A stretch of 64,000 bases of DNA, from the NCBI GenBank assembly GCA_963700285.1, contig CAVOXA010000014.1, positions 960,001 through 1,024,000 on the forward strand, given 5' to 3'. Below, piece after piece: positions 39,199-48,442 of this stretch (position 1 is its first letter; the number at the start of each line of letters is the position of its first letter). A program made the position numbers and the translations under genes. The DNA is from an uncultured Chloroflexia bacterium (GTDB lineage: Bacteria; Chloroflexota; Anaerolineae; JAAYZQ01). A model generated the notes under the pieces. That model saw nothing but the letters and a program-made list of their open reading frames with translations. It ran no database searches and was not told the origin of the DNA.

Positions 39199-40674
39199 AT
39201 GCATAGCAATCACAATCGACTCACCATCGCTAGACCCAGGACCCGTAGCGCCGTACTCGTGGCAGCACTCCTGGTGCTGCTTTTGGCCGGTCCATTGGTC
39301 CTGGCGGCCAGTCCGGCTGAGCTGGGTCCCAGATCAGTCCAAGCGGATCAGACCCCGCCCAGCCTGGCCCTATCCGTGGAAGACGAGGGTCCGGTGGCGT
39401 ACTCGGCTTTCTTGCCCGCCGTCAAAAGTGCCATCAAGTCCCCTCGCCCCATCATCGTGCACTTTGCGGCCACTCCACCTCACGTCGACAATGGGGGCAG
39501 TACAACCCTGAGCTGGAACATCCGTAATACCGTCGACACGCTGACCCTGGAGCCAGGCAGCCTTGACGTTACGGGTCGCGAAAGCACTGTCGTATCACCC
39601 GGCGAGACAACGGCCTATATCCTCACGGCCATGAACCAGGCGGGTACCACGGCAGCAAGAACCATCGTCACAGTCGGAAAGCCAGTGATCGCGAGCTTTA
39701 CAGCATCCCCAACGCTGATCTACCAGAATGGCCAGGCCACCCTTAGTTGGTCCATTCTTGGCCGGGTGGATAGGCTTACCCTTGAACCCGGCATTGGAGA
39801 CGTCACAAATCAAAGCCAGTTCACTGTCTCGCCCAGCCAGGACACCGTTTACACCCTTACTGCCTACAATCCTGCTGGTAGCGATACGGCTCAGGTTGGG
39901 GTCACCGTCGCTCCGCCCCCAGAGATCACCAGTTTTGAGGCAGACGCAGAAGCCATCAACGAGGGAGACGATGCGATGTTAACCTGGACGATCTCCGGTA
40001 CGGCTCAAAGCCTGATTCTGGAGCCAGGCCACACAGACGTGATGGGACTGGACCATCTGAGCGTCACACCCACCGAGACCACGACCTATACCCTGAGCGC
40101 TGCAAACGGTTCTGGAAGCGACGTGGCAACGACCCTTGTCAGGGTCAGCCCGGAGACCGAGCTGCTGGTATTCGACTGGAACAAACCCGTCGAAAAAAGT
40201 GATAGTGGATTCCCAGGCGAGGATCCGACGGGCGCGGCCAACGGCAACTGGACCCATCCTCCAAATTTCGCTGAGGGGACCTACTACTTTCGCGTAGAGA
40301 TCCACAGCCAACCTGTCCCCAAGGAGATGCAGGTACAGTACTGTGTCTGGCAAAAGATTTCAGGAGAAGAGGAACAGCGCGAGTCGTGTGGGGACCGAGC
40401 GGAGCTAAGGGGCGACCCTGGCGCGAAAGCCACCTGGTACGAAGCCATCGAGGACATGTGGACCAAGGCCCTGCCAATTAACTATGCAGTGGCGAGGAGC
40501 AGACATGGTGCAGTGATTAGAAACGAACACGGGAATCCAGTCAGCGGCAAGCAGGGTTGGGACTGGTATGGCGAGATCCCCGAAGAATGGTATCCTCTGG
40601 ATTGGCGCTTCACCGTGGTCGTCGTCGCCAAGGGCGAGACATTCTCTGGCTGGGGAAACTACCTCGAACCCTAG
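39199..40674 (+). CDS. Secreted protein with three tandem Ig-like repeats and an unrecognised Trp-rich C-terminal domain
   Basis: Signal peptide; three ~80-aa units P.I..F.A.P..I..G...TLSW...LEPG..DV......VSP..TT.Y.LTA.N..G. Confidence 0.75.
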   Translation: MHSNHNRLTIARPRTRSAVLVAALLVLLLAGPLVLAASPAELGPRSVQADQTPPSLALSVEDEGPVAYSAFLPAVKSAIKSPRPIIVHFAATPPHVDNGGSTTLSWNIRNTVDTLTLEPGSLDVTGRESTVVSPGETTAYILTAMNQAGTTAARTIVTVGKPVIASFTASPTLIYQNGQATLSWSILGRVDRLTLEPGIGDVTNQSQFTVSPSQDTVYTLTAYNPAGSDTAQVGVTVAPPPEITSFEADAEAINEGDDAMLTWTISGTAQSLILEPGHTDVMGLDHLSVTPTETTTYTLSAANGSGSDVATTLVRVSPETELLVFDWNKPVEKSDSGFPGEDPTGAANGNWTHPPNFAEGTYYFRVEIHSQPVPKEMQVQYCVWQKISGEEEQRESCGDRAELRGDPGAKATWYEAIEDMWTKALPINYAVARSRHGAVIRNEHGNPVSGKQGWDWYGEIPEEWYPLDWRFTVVVVAKGETFSGWGNYLEP

Positions 40675-40772
40675 ACCTGCCTGACTGATCCCGTAGGGCT
40701 CGTCTGTGCTTGACAGAGTCACCGCAGACCTCTGCCGAAAGAGCCAAAGGGGTACTCAGTAACAGATACTAC

Positions 40773-40804
40773 AAGGCCCGCTTGCCGTCTGGTAAGCGGG
40801 CCTT
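40773..40804. terminator. Hairpin/terminator between convergent genes
   Basis: AAGGCCCGCTTGCC-gtct-GGTAAGCGGGCCTT. Confidence 0.7.
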
Positions 40805-40839
40805 GATGGTCGATAGTCATGCTCGAGTACAAGTACGGA

Positions 40840-42141
40840 TCAAGCCGTCTCCTGGAGTTCTTTGTCCTCCCAGGGTACCGAGTGACCCGACTGTGTCAAA
40901 AGCAAGGGGCGCACATTGCGCTGGATGCTGTCCGCGCTCACTACGCACTTGACCACATCTGAACGGGAAGGGATCTCGTACATCACGTCCAGCAACGTCT
41001 CCTCGATGATGGTCCGCAGGCCTCGCGCCCCTGTCTTGCGCCCGATGGCCAATTTGGCGGCAGCCTCCAGAGCGTCGTCGGTAAAGACCAACTCCACACC
41101 ATCCAACTCCAGCATGCGGTTGAACTGCTTGACGAGGGCATTCTTGGGCTTGGTCAGGATGGCGATCATGGCCGCTTGATCCAAGGGCTCGATGCTGACC
41201 GTCACAGGCAGCCGCCCCACCAGCTCGGGAATGAGGCCAAACGTCATCAGATCGTCGGGTGTGATCTCACGGAAAAGCTCCGCTGCGGTCATCTCCCGCT
41301 GGCGACGCCCTTCTTGGCCAGAGGCGAAACCCAACTGCCCCCTGGTCCCGATCCGCTCAGCGATGATCTGGTCCAGTCCCTCAAAGGTACCGCCGCAGAT
41401 GAACAGGACATCCGTCGTGTTGACCTGGATGAATTCCTGCTGCGGATGTTTCCGCCCACCATGTGGGGGCACATTCACATCTGCTCCCTCAACGATCTTG
41501 AGCAGCGCCTGTTGAACGCCTTCACCCGAGACATCACGGGTAATGCTGGGGTTATCACCCGACTTCCGGCCCGTCTTGTCGATCTCGTCAATGTAGATGA
41601 TGCCCTTTGCTGCTCGCTCAACGTCATAGTCGGCTGCCTGCAGCAGGCCAAGGAGGATCGTCTCCACGTCCTCGCCCACGTACCCGGCTTCGGTAAGCGC
41701 TGTGGCATCGGCGATGGAGAAAGGGACATCGAGGATCCGGGCCAGTGTTTGGGCCAACAGGGTCTTGCCGCAACCAGTGGGGCCCATGAGCAGGATGTTA
41801 CTCTTTTGCAGCTCCACGTCGTCCACGGCAGAGCCGGCATGGATCCTCTTGTAGTGATTGTACACAGCCACCGACAGGACCTTTTTTGCGCGTTCCTGCC
41901 CGATGACATACTCACCCAGTCGCTCAAATATCTCTTGAGGAGGCGGAAGCTTTGACATGCCACCTATGGCATTGTCCTGCTCCTCCTGCAGCTTTTCTTC
42001 CTGCAGGATTTCGTCACAGAGTGCCACGCATTCGTCACAGATATAGACGTCATCAGGACCGGCAATCAGCCGGTCCACCTCCTCATGGCTCCTGTGACAG
42101 AATGAACAGATCTTTGCGTCCGACCTCTGCCCTTGCCCCAT
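40840..42141 (-). CDS. clpX: ATP-dependent Clp protease ATP-binding subunit ClpX
   Basis: CSFC..ICDEC zinc finger, [35 protein letters not shown]. Confidence 0.98.
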   Translation of the reverse strand: MGQGQRSDAKICSFCHRSHEEVDRLIAGPDDVYICDECVALCDEILQEEKLQEEQDNAIGGMSKLPPPQEIFERLGEYVIGQERAKKVLSVAVYNHYKRIHAGSAVDDVELQKSNILLMGPTGCGKTLLAQTLARILDVPFSIADATALTEAGYVGEDVETILLGLLQAADYDVERAAKGIIYIDEIDKTGRKSGDNPSITRDVSGEGVQQALLKIVEGADVNVPPHGGRKHPQQEFIQVNTTDVLFICGGTFEGLDQIIAERIGTRGQLGFASGQEGRRQREMTAAELFREITPDDLMTFGLIPELVGRLPVTVSIEPLDQAAMIAILTKPKNALVKQFNRMLELDGVELVFTDDALEAAAKLAIGRKTGARGLRTIIEETLLDVMYEIPSRSDVVKCVVSADSIQRNVRPLLLTQSGHSVPWEDKELQETA

Positions 42142-42152
42142 GCGGTATTCTC

Positions 42153-42800
42153 CTACGCCTCCGCCTGATCTGCGTCATCCTCATCGACCTGCTCCTCATC
42201 CGAGGCCTGGGCATCTGAACTGAGCACTTCGTCGATCAGACCGTATGCCACTGCCCGATGGGCATCCATGAAAAAGTCCCGGTCAAAGTCCTCACCGATC
42301 TTTTCTACGGTCTGGCCTGTGTGCTCCGCCAGGATATGGTGTAGCAGATCCTGCATCCGCTTCAGCTCTTTGTACTGGATCTCTACATCCGGTGCATAAC
42401 CTCGCGCACCGCCTCCGGCCGGATGCATGTGGATGGTTGCATGGGGCAGGGAAAAGCGCCGCCCCTTTTTACCCGCTGCCAGCAGTACCGTACCGAGGCT
42501 GGCCGTCCAGCCCACGGCGATGGTCGAGATCGGCGCCCGCAACATCTGCATCGTATCATAGATCGCCAGGCCAGGATAGATCTCCCCACCCGGCGAATTG
42601 ATGAACATCTGGATCTCTTTATCAGGATTCTCTCGATCAAGAAACAGCAACTGGGCCACGATCAGGTTGGCCACCTGGTCATTGATAGGTGATCCGAGAA
42701 AGACAACCCGCTCCTTGAGCAGAAGCGAAAAGATGTCATAGGCACGTTCACCACGACCTGTCGTCTCGATCACCATCGGGATCAAGCTATTCGGCATCAC
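42153..42800 (-). CDS. clpP: Clp protease proteolytic subunit
   Basis: [19 protein letters not shown]; catalytic Ser (TASLG), His (IHMHP) and Asp (DRDFF) present. Confidence 0.97.
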   Translation of the reverse strand: MMPNSLIPMVIETTGRGERAYDIFSLLLKERVVFLGSPINDQVANLIVAQLLFLDRENPDKEIQMFINSPGGEIYPGLAIYDTMQMLRAPISTIAVGWTASLGTVLLAAGKKGRRFSLPHATIHMHPAGGGARGYAPDVEIQYKELKRMQDLLHHILAEHTGQTVEKIGEDFDRDFFMDAHRAVAYGLIDEVLSSDAQASDEEQVDEDDADQAEA

Positions 42801-42913
42801 AAAAACCTCCTAAAATTCGACGTGAGGGGCTGGCGGGCCCGAGTGCACCGGCCACTCCAGGTTCTCAGCCTCCAAGAACCCATTCTAACCCCTGGTTGGG
42901 CAGAAATCTGTAA

Positions 42914-43013
42914 GATGCCGCCCAGTCAGAACTGATGCCGCCCAGTCAGAACTGGGTCCGCCCAGTCAGAACTGGGTCCGCCCAGTCAGAACTGGGTCCG
43001 CCTAGTGGGAACC
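42914..43013. repeat. Tandem array of five 20-bp units carrying the palindrome CCCAGT-CAGA-ACTGGG
   Basis: GATGCCGCCCAGTCAGAACT x2, GGGTCCGCCCAGTCAGAACT x2, plus one degenerate unit GGGTCCGCCTAGTGGGAACC; no spacers. Confidence 0.95.
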
Positions 43014-43033
43014 AAGTCCGGCGCCAATGCGAC

Positions 43034-44512
43034 TCAGTCTTCCTGGTCGCTTTCGGGCTCTTTGACAAGCTCCAGCTCTTCATCGCCTTCCAACACCAGC
43101 ACTGCGGGTTCCTCAGCATCAGCCGTTTCGACGGGATCAAGCTCAGCTTCTGCTTCCACCATCGCATCTGCCTCCGCACCGACAGGCGACTCTTCTCCAA
43201 CCTCATCTGGGTCGGCAACTTCCAGGGGGGGAGCCTCACCCTTGGCGATCTGAACGATCCTCTCCTGAGCCTTGTGTGTCATCAGGTCGTCGGCTATCAT
43301 AAAGCGGCCGCCGGGGCTTTCAAGCGTTTCCCGCATCTCTTCCTCCTGAGAGCCCATTCTCTCAAGAATGCGCTCGATTTCGGCCTCAATATCGCCGTCC
43401 TCGACCTGGAGGTTCTCAACCTTGACAATCTCGCCCAGCACCAATCGCTTTTTCAGGCGTTCCTCGGCGGCGGGGGCCAGATCTTCCTTATAGGCTTCGC
43501 GCGTCTTACCCAGCATTCCCAGGTAGGTGTCAAGTTGGATCCCCGAGGAGGCCAGGTTGTTCTCCATCTGGTTTAGGGCGGCCTCGGCCTCCCGGTCGAC
43601 CGCCTGGGGCGGATACTCGAGGGTGGGTGCGGCTTCAATGAATGCATCCAGCGCTGCGTCAAGGTACTGCCTCTCGGCTTTCTGCAGGGCTTGGGTCTCC
43701 ATCTGCTCCCGCACACCAGCCGTCAGATCTTCCAAAGTATCATAATCCCCGACAAGCAGGGCCAGGTCATCGTCAAGGGACGGGAGATCCTTCTCCTTGA
43801 TCGAGTGCAGGTGGACCGTGACAGCCGCTTCCTTACCTGCGGCGTCCAGGGCGTCATCGTCCTCGGGTACAGTCAAGGTGAATGTCTTGTCCTCCCCGGT
43901 CGACATACCGACGACCTCCTCGTGGAAGCCGGGCAGCGGATAGGCGACATCGGCCTGAAGGAGCATCTCATACTCCTGGTTATTCATGATCTCCACTTCG
44001 CCAGCCACGCCATGCATGTCCAGTACGACCTGGTCGCCTATGGCAGCCGGTCGCTGTACCGGCACCCACTGTGCATGTTCTTGCTGAAGGCCAGCCAGGT
44101 ACGCATCGATCTGTTCTTCGGTAACAGGCTCGACCTCATAGGGGACTCGCACAGAACGATAATCGCCCAGATCCACCTCTGGCGGGATAGGCAGCAATAC
44201 CGTCATCCGAAAGGGATCCCACTCCACGTCCTGCAACTCACCCACCTGGTAAGGTTCGTACTCGATCTCTTCTATCGCTTCTTCATATAGTTGCTGGCCC
44301 CAGTCATCAACGGCCTGCTGTTGAATTGCCTCCCGGCCAAATGCACGGACCACGGCCGCGAACGGAGCCTTGCCCCGCCGGTATCCAGGAACAGTGAACT
44401 GGCGCGATATCGTGCGCGCAGTTTGGCGCAGTCTTTTGTCGGTCTCAGCGGCATCCAACTCAATGATGACGTTGACCTGACAGTCTTCCAGTCGCTCGGT
44501 TGTGACTTCCAT
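43034..44512 (-). CDS. tig: Trigger factor with acidic C-terminal tail
   Basis: Ribosome-binding loop VPGYRRGKAP; FKBP-like domain; tig-clpP-clpX synteny. Confidence 0.95.
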   Translation of the reverse strand: MEVTTERLEDCQVNVIIELDAAETDKRLRQTARTISRQFTVPGYRRGKAPFAAVVRAFGREAIQQQAVDDWGQQLYEEAIEEIEYEPYQVGELQDVEWDPFRMTVLLPIPPEVDLGDYRSVRVPYEVEPVTEEQIDAYLAGLQQEHAQWVPVQRPAAIGDQVVLDMHGVAGEVEIMNNQEYEMLLQADVAYPLPGFHEEVVGMSTGEDKTFTLTVPEDDDALDAAGKEAAVTVHLHSIKEKDLPSLDDDLALLVGDYDTLEDLTAGVREQMETQALQKAERQYLDAALDAFIEAAPTLEYPPQAVDREAEAALNQMENNLASSGIQLDTYLGMLGKTREAYKEDLAPAAEERLKKRLVLGEIVKVENLQVEDGDIEAEIERILERMGSQEEEMRETLESPGGRFMIADDLMTHKAQERIVQIAKGEAPPLEVADPDEVGEESPVGAEADAMVEAEAELDPVETADAEEPAVLVLEGDEELELVKEPESDQED

Positions 44513-44605
44513 CTTTCTACCTACCTCTCTTGTCTGGTCGCGTTATGGTGCGTATTATACCTCACATCATAGGACACCACAAATAGTATGAATGAATACG
44601 CCTGG

Positions 44606-44634
44606 TTGACAGCCAGGTCCAGGTATGCTACAAT
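44606..44634 (+). promoter_or_regulatory. Sigma70 promoter TTGACA-N17-TACAAT (extended -10)
   Basis: Near-consensus; divergent from tig; about 185 nt upstream of the operon start. Confidence 0.75.
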
Positions 44635-44818
44635 TCGGCCGCCCAGCTGCTGGGCTGGTTTGTCATGTACACTGCTTTTCCAACCTGCATTTCGACCAAT
44701 CGGTGGACAAGGTGGCCACCCATAGGAGGCGCACGCTGTAGGATCGGGCGCCGTCGCACAGTGGCTTCAATCTCGGACCTTTTCGAAAAGGATTCCCCAG
44801 AAATCAGGGAGATTTCGC

Positions 44819-45400
44819 TTGGAACACCCGAAAGTTAGAGACAACCGGAGTAACCGGCTCATCTTTCTCAGCCACTGTTGCCTAAATCAGAACGCCAAGG
44901 TACGCGGAATAGCCGAGTACCCCGGCGCCATCCAGCCATTGATTGAGCTGCTTCTGGAACAAGGAGTGGGCATGTACCAGATGCCATGCCCCGAAATGAC
45001 CTACCTGGGCGCCATGCGCTGGGGCGCGGTCAAGGATCAGTACAACAACCCTATGTTCCGGCGACACTGCCAGCGTCTGGCCGAAGAGGTCGTCGACCAG
45101 GCGGAGAACTATATCCAGTGCGGTTACCAGGTCCTCGGCTTTGTAATGATGGATGGTAGCCCGGTCTGCGGCTTAAAGCGGACGCCCCGCCCCAAGGACC
45201 CTGATGTGATGTGGGGTGGAATGGCCTGGTACGTTCCCGAATCCGAGTACGTTCCCGGCAAGGGCAATTACTGCGAGGTCCTGCAGGCAGAACTAGCTCG
45301 GCGGGGCCTCGACACGATTCCCTTTGTCGCTTCGCCCGAGTTTGACGAGGTTGGCACGATGGAAGAGTCTTTGCGCCAGATCAAAGAGTTGCTGGGTTAG
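44819..45400 (+). CDS. TudS/DUF523-related (CD3072-like) putative Fe-S desulfidase
   Basis: SHCCLNQNAKV, QMPCPE, DGSPVCG: three conserved Cys motifs of the DUF523 fold. Confidence 0.75.
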   Translation: MEHPKVRDNRSNRLIFLSHCCLNQNAKVRGIAEYPGAIQPLIELLLEQGVGMYQMPCPEMTYLGAMRWGAVKDQYNNPMFRRHCQRLAEEVVDQAENYIQCGYQVLGFVMMDGSPVCGLKRTPRPKDPDVMWGGMAWYVPESEYVPGKGNYCEVLQAELARRGLDTIPFVASPEFDEVGTMEESLRQIKELLG

Positions 45401-45438
45401 CGCTTCGGTGCGCAGCCCTGCACCAGCCAGGAGGATCC

Positions 45439-46473
45439 GTGAACTCTCTGGAAAGGCTCATCGCCTCGGGCAATGGAGAACCGCTGGACTGCGTCCCCGT
45501 GGCGCCCGGTATTGGGCACTATGCGGCCGTCAAGGCCGGGTACCCGATGACCCAGGTTGCCTTTGACCCGAAATTGATGGCCACTGTGGTCATCCAATCG
45601 GTCGAGAGGCACGGGCATGATAGCTGCAGCCCCATCACGGATTATGGCCTGGGCCCCGAAAGCATGGGCAGCAGGTCCGTCATCGGTGACTGGCAGCAGA
45701 CCTACGTGGACGAGTTTGCCGTCCAATCCCCTGCGGATGTCGCCCGGCTCACACTTCCAGATCCGTATAAAGATGGACGCATGCCAGTCATCCTGGAATG
45801 CGAGCAGATTCTGGTTGAGACGCTGGGGGATCGGGTCGGCGTAAACGGCGGGCTGTCCGGGCCGCTGTCTTTTGCCGCCAATCTACGCGGCCCGCAGCAG
45901 ATCCTGTATGACATGCTTGACCATCCCGAAACAGTCCACGACCTGCTGGCGATTTCCCTGGAGGCGACAACGTCATTCGCTGTAGCTCAGGTACTTCGGG
46001 GAGGCGTCAAAACGGTCAACATCTATGAGCCCATGGCCGCAATGATCTCGACGCCCATGGTGGAAGAATTCTCCTTTGCCTACCTGGAGCCGTTGATCCG
46101 TCGTGTCAAGAGCTTGGATGCCCTCGTTCTACTGCACATCTGCAACGATACGACCAGGCTTTTGAACCGCATGGTTGAGATTGGTGCGGACATCCTGAGC
46201 CTGGACGTTCAAGTAGACCTGACCCACGCAAAAAAAGTGGTCGCGGGACGGGCATCGATATCGGGCAACGTGGCCACCAACCATCTGGCGATGTCGACGC
46301 CGGAGGAGATCTATTTGGAATCGTGCCGCTGCATAGAAAAGGGAGCCGATGGCGGGCGTTTCACCCTGAGTTCCTCGTGTGAGGTGCCCCTTGAGACACC
46401 GCCCGAGAATATTGATGCCATGGTTCGCGCTGCCCGCACATTTGGGGCGCAGTACCTACGACAGCACGAGTAA
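45439..46473 (+). CDS. Uroporphyrinogen decarboxylase family / MtaA-MtbA-like Zn-dependent methyltransferase
   Basis: PDPYKDGRMP, GPLSFAA.LRG, Zn motif LHIC...SSSCE, TPPENIDAM. Confidence 0.8.
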   Translation: MNSLERLIASGNGEPLDCVPVAPGIGHYAAVKAGYPMTQVAFDPKLMATVVIQSVERHGHDSCSPITDYGLGPESMGSRSVIGDWQQTYVDEFAVQSPADVARLTLPDPYKDGRMPVILECEQILVETLGDRVGVNGGLSGPLSFAANLRGPQQILYDMLDHPETVHDLLAISLEATTSFAVAQVLRGGVKTVNIYEPMAAMISTPMVEEFSFAYLEPLIRRVKSLDALVLLHICNDTTRLLNRMVEIGADILSLDVQVDLTHAKKVVAGRASISGNVATNHLAMSTPEEIYLESCRCIEKGADGGRFTLSSSCEVPLETPPENIDAMVRAARTFGAQYLRQHE

Positions 46474-46534
46474 ACTGCAGCCATAGCCGATTTGAAGGTC
46501 AATCACAGTCAAGAAACCAAGAATAGGAGTGGAA

Positions 46535-48295
46535 ATGGACAAGCACTTGCTTCGAGTAGCGATGGGAAAGGAACCCGCCGATCTGGCCATTACCAACGGT
46601 CAGATCGTCAATGTGTACAGCGGTGAGATCTATCTCGGGGGCGTTGCCATCGCGGGAGATAGGATCGCAGCGGTCGGAGACATCGGGTATGCCATAGGCG
46701 AGACGACAAAAATCATCGACGCCGGGGAAAAGTATTTGACGCCTGGGTTCATCGATGGCCACATTCACCCAGAGAGTGCGAACCTGAGCATCTCCCGTTT
46801 TGCCGAGATTGTCCTGTGCCACGGCACAACGAGCGTATTTTCGGACTTTCATGAGATCGGCGTCGTGGGTGGCATGGACGCCATGAACGCCGCGCTGGAG
46901 GAAGCGGAACAGACGCCGCTCAAGTACCACTGGGTGGTACCCTCCCATATTCCCTTCTCCCCTGGGCTGGAAACGAGTGGGGGGTCCATCAATGCCGAGA
47001 TAATCGAAGAAGCACTGGCGCGTGAGGAAGCGGTCGGTCTCTCCGAGGTTGTCTCCCTGTACATCGCCATGGAGCATCCTGACCTGATGAAATCCATCGA
47101 CGCGACACGCAGACAGGCCAAGGTCGTCTCTGGTCATGGTCCCGAGACCAGTGGCCCCCTCTGGAATGCATTCGTCGCGGCCGGTACGACCAATGATCAT
47201 GAATCATTGTCAGAAGAGGAGATCCTGCTGAGGGTCAGGACCGGCGTGCATGCCCAACTCCGGCACAACCTGATCGTACCCACGCTGCCGCCAATGATCA
47301 AGGCAGTGACAGAGAATGACATCAATACCCAGATGATCAGCCTCTGCACGGACGATACCACGGCGGTGATGCTGGCTTTCGAGGGCCACATGGATTACCT
47401 GGTACGCCTGGCACTGGAACTGGGAGTCGATTTTATCACGGCGATCCAGATGGTCACAATCAACGCGGCCCAGGCTTTCCACAAGGATTTTGAGATTGGC
47501 TCTCTGGCGCCCGGACGCTACGCCGACGTCAACATTGTTGACGGCCCAGAAGACTTCAAAGTCCTCCAGACAGTCGCCGGAGGAGAGCTGGTAGCAAAAG
47601 ACCTACGGCTGGTACAGCCAATCCCTTTGGCCGATCACAAACCCATTCTCATGGATACTTTCCATCTAAAGGCGCCCATCACGTCCGAAGAGTTGGTGAT
47701 CCCGGCCCAACCTGGCGCCAACAGCGCCCACATGCACATCATGCGCACGCTCCCCTGGGTTCCTATCACAGAGGGCGGCGAGGCTGATCTTCCGGTAAAG
47801 GATGGGTACATCGCCGCGGATATCAAGCAAGACCTGATTCACATCGCCGTTATTGAACGGCACCATGCTACTGGCAACATTGGAAAGGCGTTCCTGGGTG
47901 GCATGGGCTTGAAGCGCGGGGCGATGGCATCGAGCATCGGCCACGATCATCACAACATCGTCGTGATGGGCGTGGAGCCGACAGACATGGCTTTTGCCGC
48001 CAACCGTGTGGTGGAAATACAGGGCGGCATCGTTTTGGTTGAGAATGGTCAGGTAATCGAAGAGATTGCCTTGCCCATCCTCGGCCTGTTGACCGACCTG
48101 GACGCCTGGACGCTGGCTGAAAAACGCCAGACTCTCCTGGACAAAGCCCGTGAGATGGGGTGTGGTGTCTCGGATGCCTTTATGTTCCTGTCTTTCATTA
48201 CACTGGCGGCGATCCCAGCGTTTGCCATCACGGACAAAGGTTATGTCGATGTGATGAAGCAGGAGATCATCGACCCGGTTTTGGATTGGGCCTGA
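46535..48295 (+). CDS. ade: Adenine deaminase (amidohydrolase Ade family)
   Basis: PGFIDGHIHPES, D.HEI, GH.P, DHE, CTDD, ERHH.TG, HDHHN. Confidence 0.88.
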   Translation: MDKHLLRVAMGKEPADLAITNGQIVNVYSGEIYLGGVAIAGDRIAAVGDIGYAIGETTKIIDAGEKYLTPGFIDGHIHPESANLSISRFAEIVLCHGTTSVFSDFHEIGVVGGMDAMNAALEEAEQTPLKYHWVVPSHIPFSPGLETSGGSINAEIIEEALAREEAVGLSEVVSLYIAMEHPDLMKSIDATRRQAKVVSGHGPETSGPLWNAFVAAGTTNDHESLSEEEILLRVRTGVHAQLRHNLIVPTLPPMIKAVTENDINTQMISLCTDDTTAVMLAFEGHMDYLVRLALELGVDFITAIQMVTINAAQAFHKDFEIGSLAPGRYADVNIVDGPEDFKVLQTVAGGELVAKDLRLVQPIPLADHKPILMDTFHLKAPITSEELVIPAQPGANSAHMHIMRTLPWVPITEGGEADLPVKDGYIAADIKQDLIHIAVIERHHATGNIGKAFLGGMGLKRGAMASSIGHDHHNIVVMGVEPTDMAFAANRVVEIQGGIVLVENGQVIEEIALPILGLLTDLDAWTLAEKRQTLLDKAREMGCGVSDAFMFLSFITLAAIPAFAITDKGYVDVMKQEIIDPVLDWA

Positions 48296-48366
48296 CCAGG
48301 CGTGCCCCATGGCCGCCAAAGCTGTCAGGCAAGTCCCATCCTGGCAGAAAAAGCAAGGGCATAGCA

Positions 48367-48407
48367 AAGGGACTCACCTCAAACGCAGAATTTGAGGTGA
48401 GCCCCTT
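48367..48407. terminator. Terminator hairpin between convergent genes
   Basis: AAGGGACTCACCTCAAA-N7-TTTGAGGTGAGCCCCTT. Confidence 0.75.
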
Positions 48408-48442
48408 GAATAGCAGGCTCAGATTTCTGTACTTCCCCATCG

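Noticed and set aside
42914-43013. CRISPR array interpretation of the palindromic repeats
   Set aside because: Units are directly adjacent with a 20-bp period, there are no unique spacers, and no cas genes are in the window.
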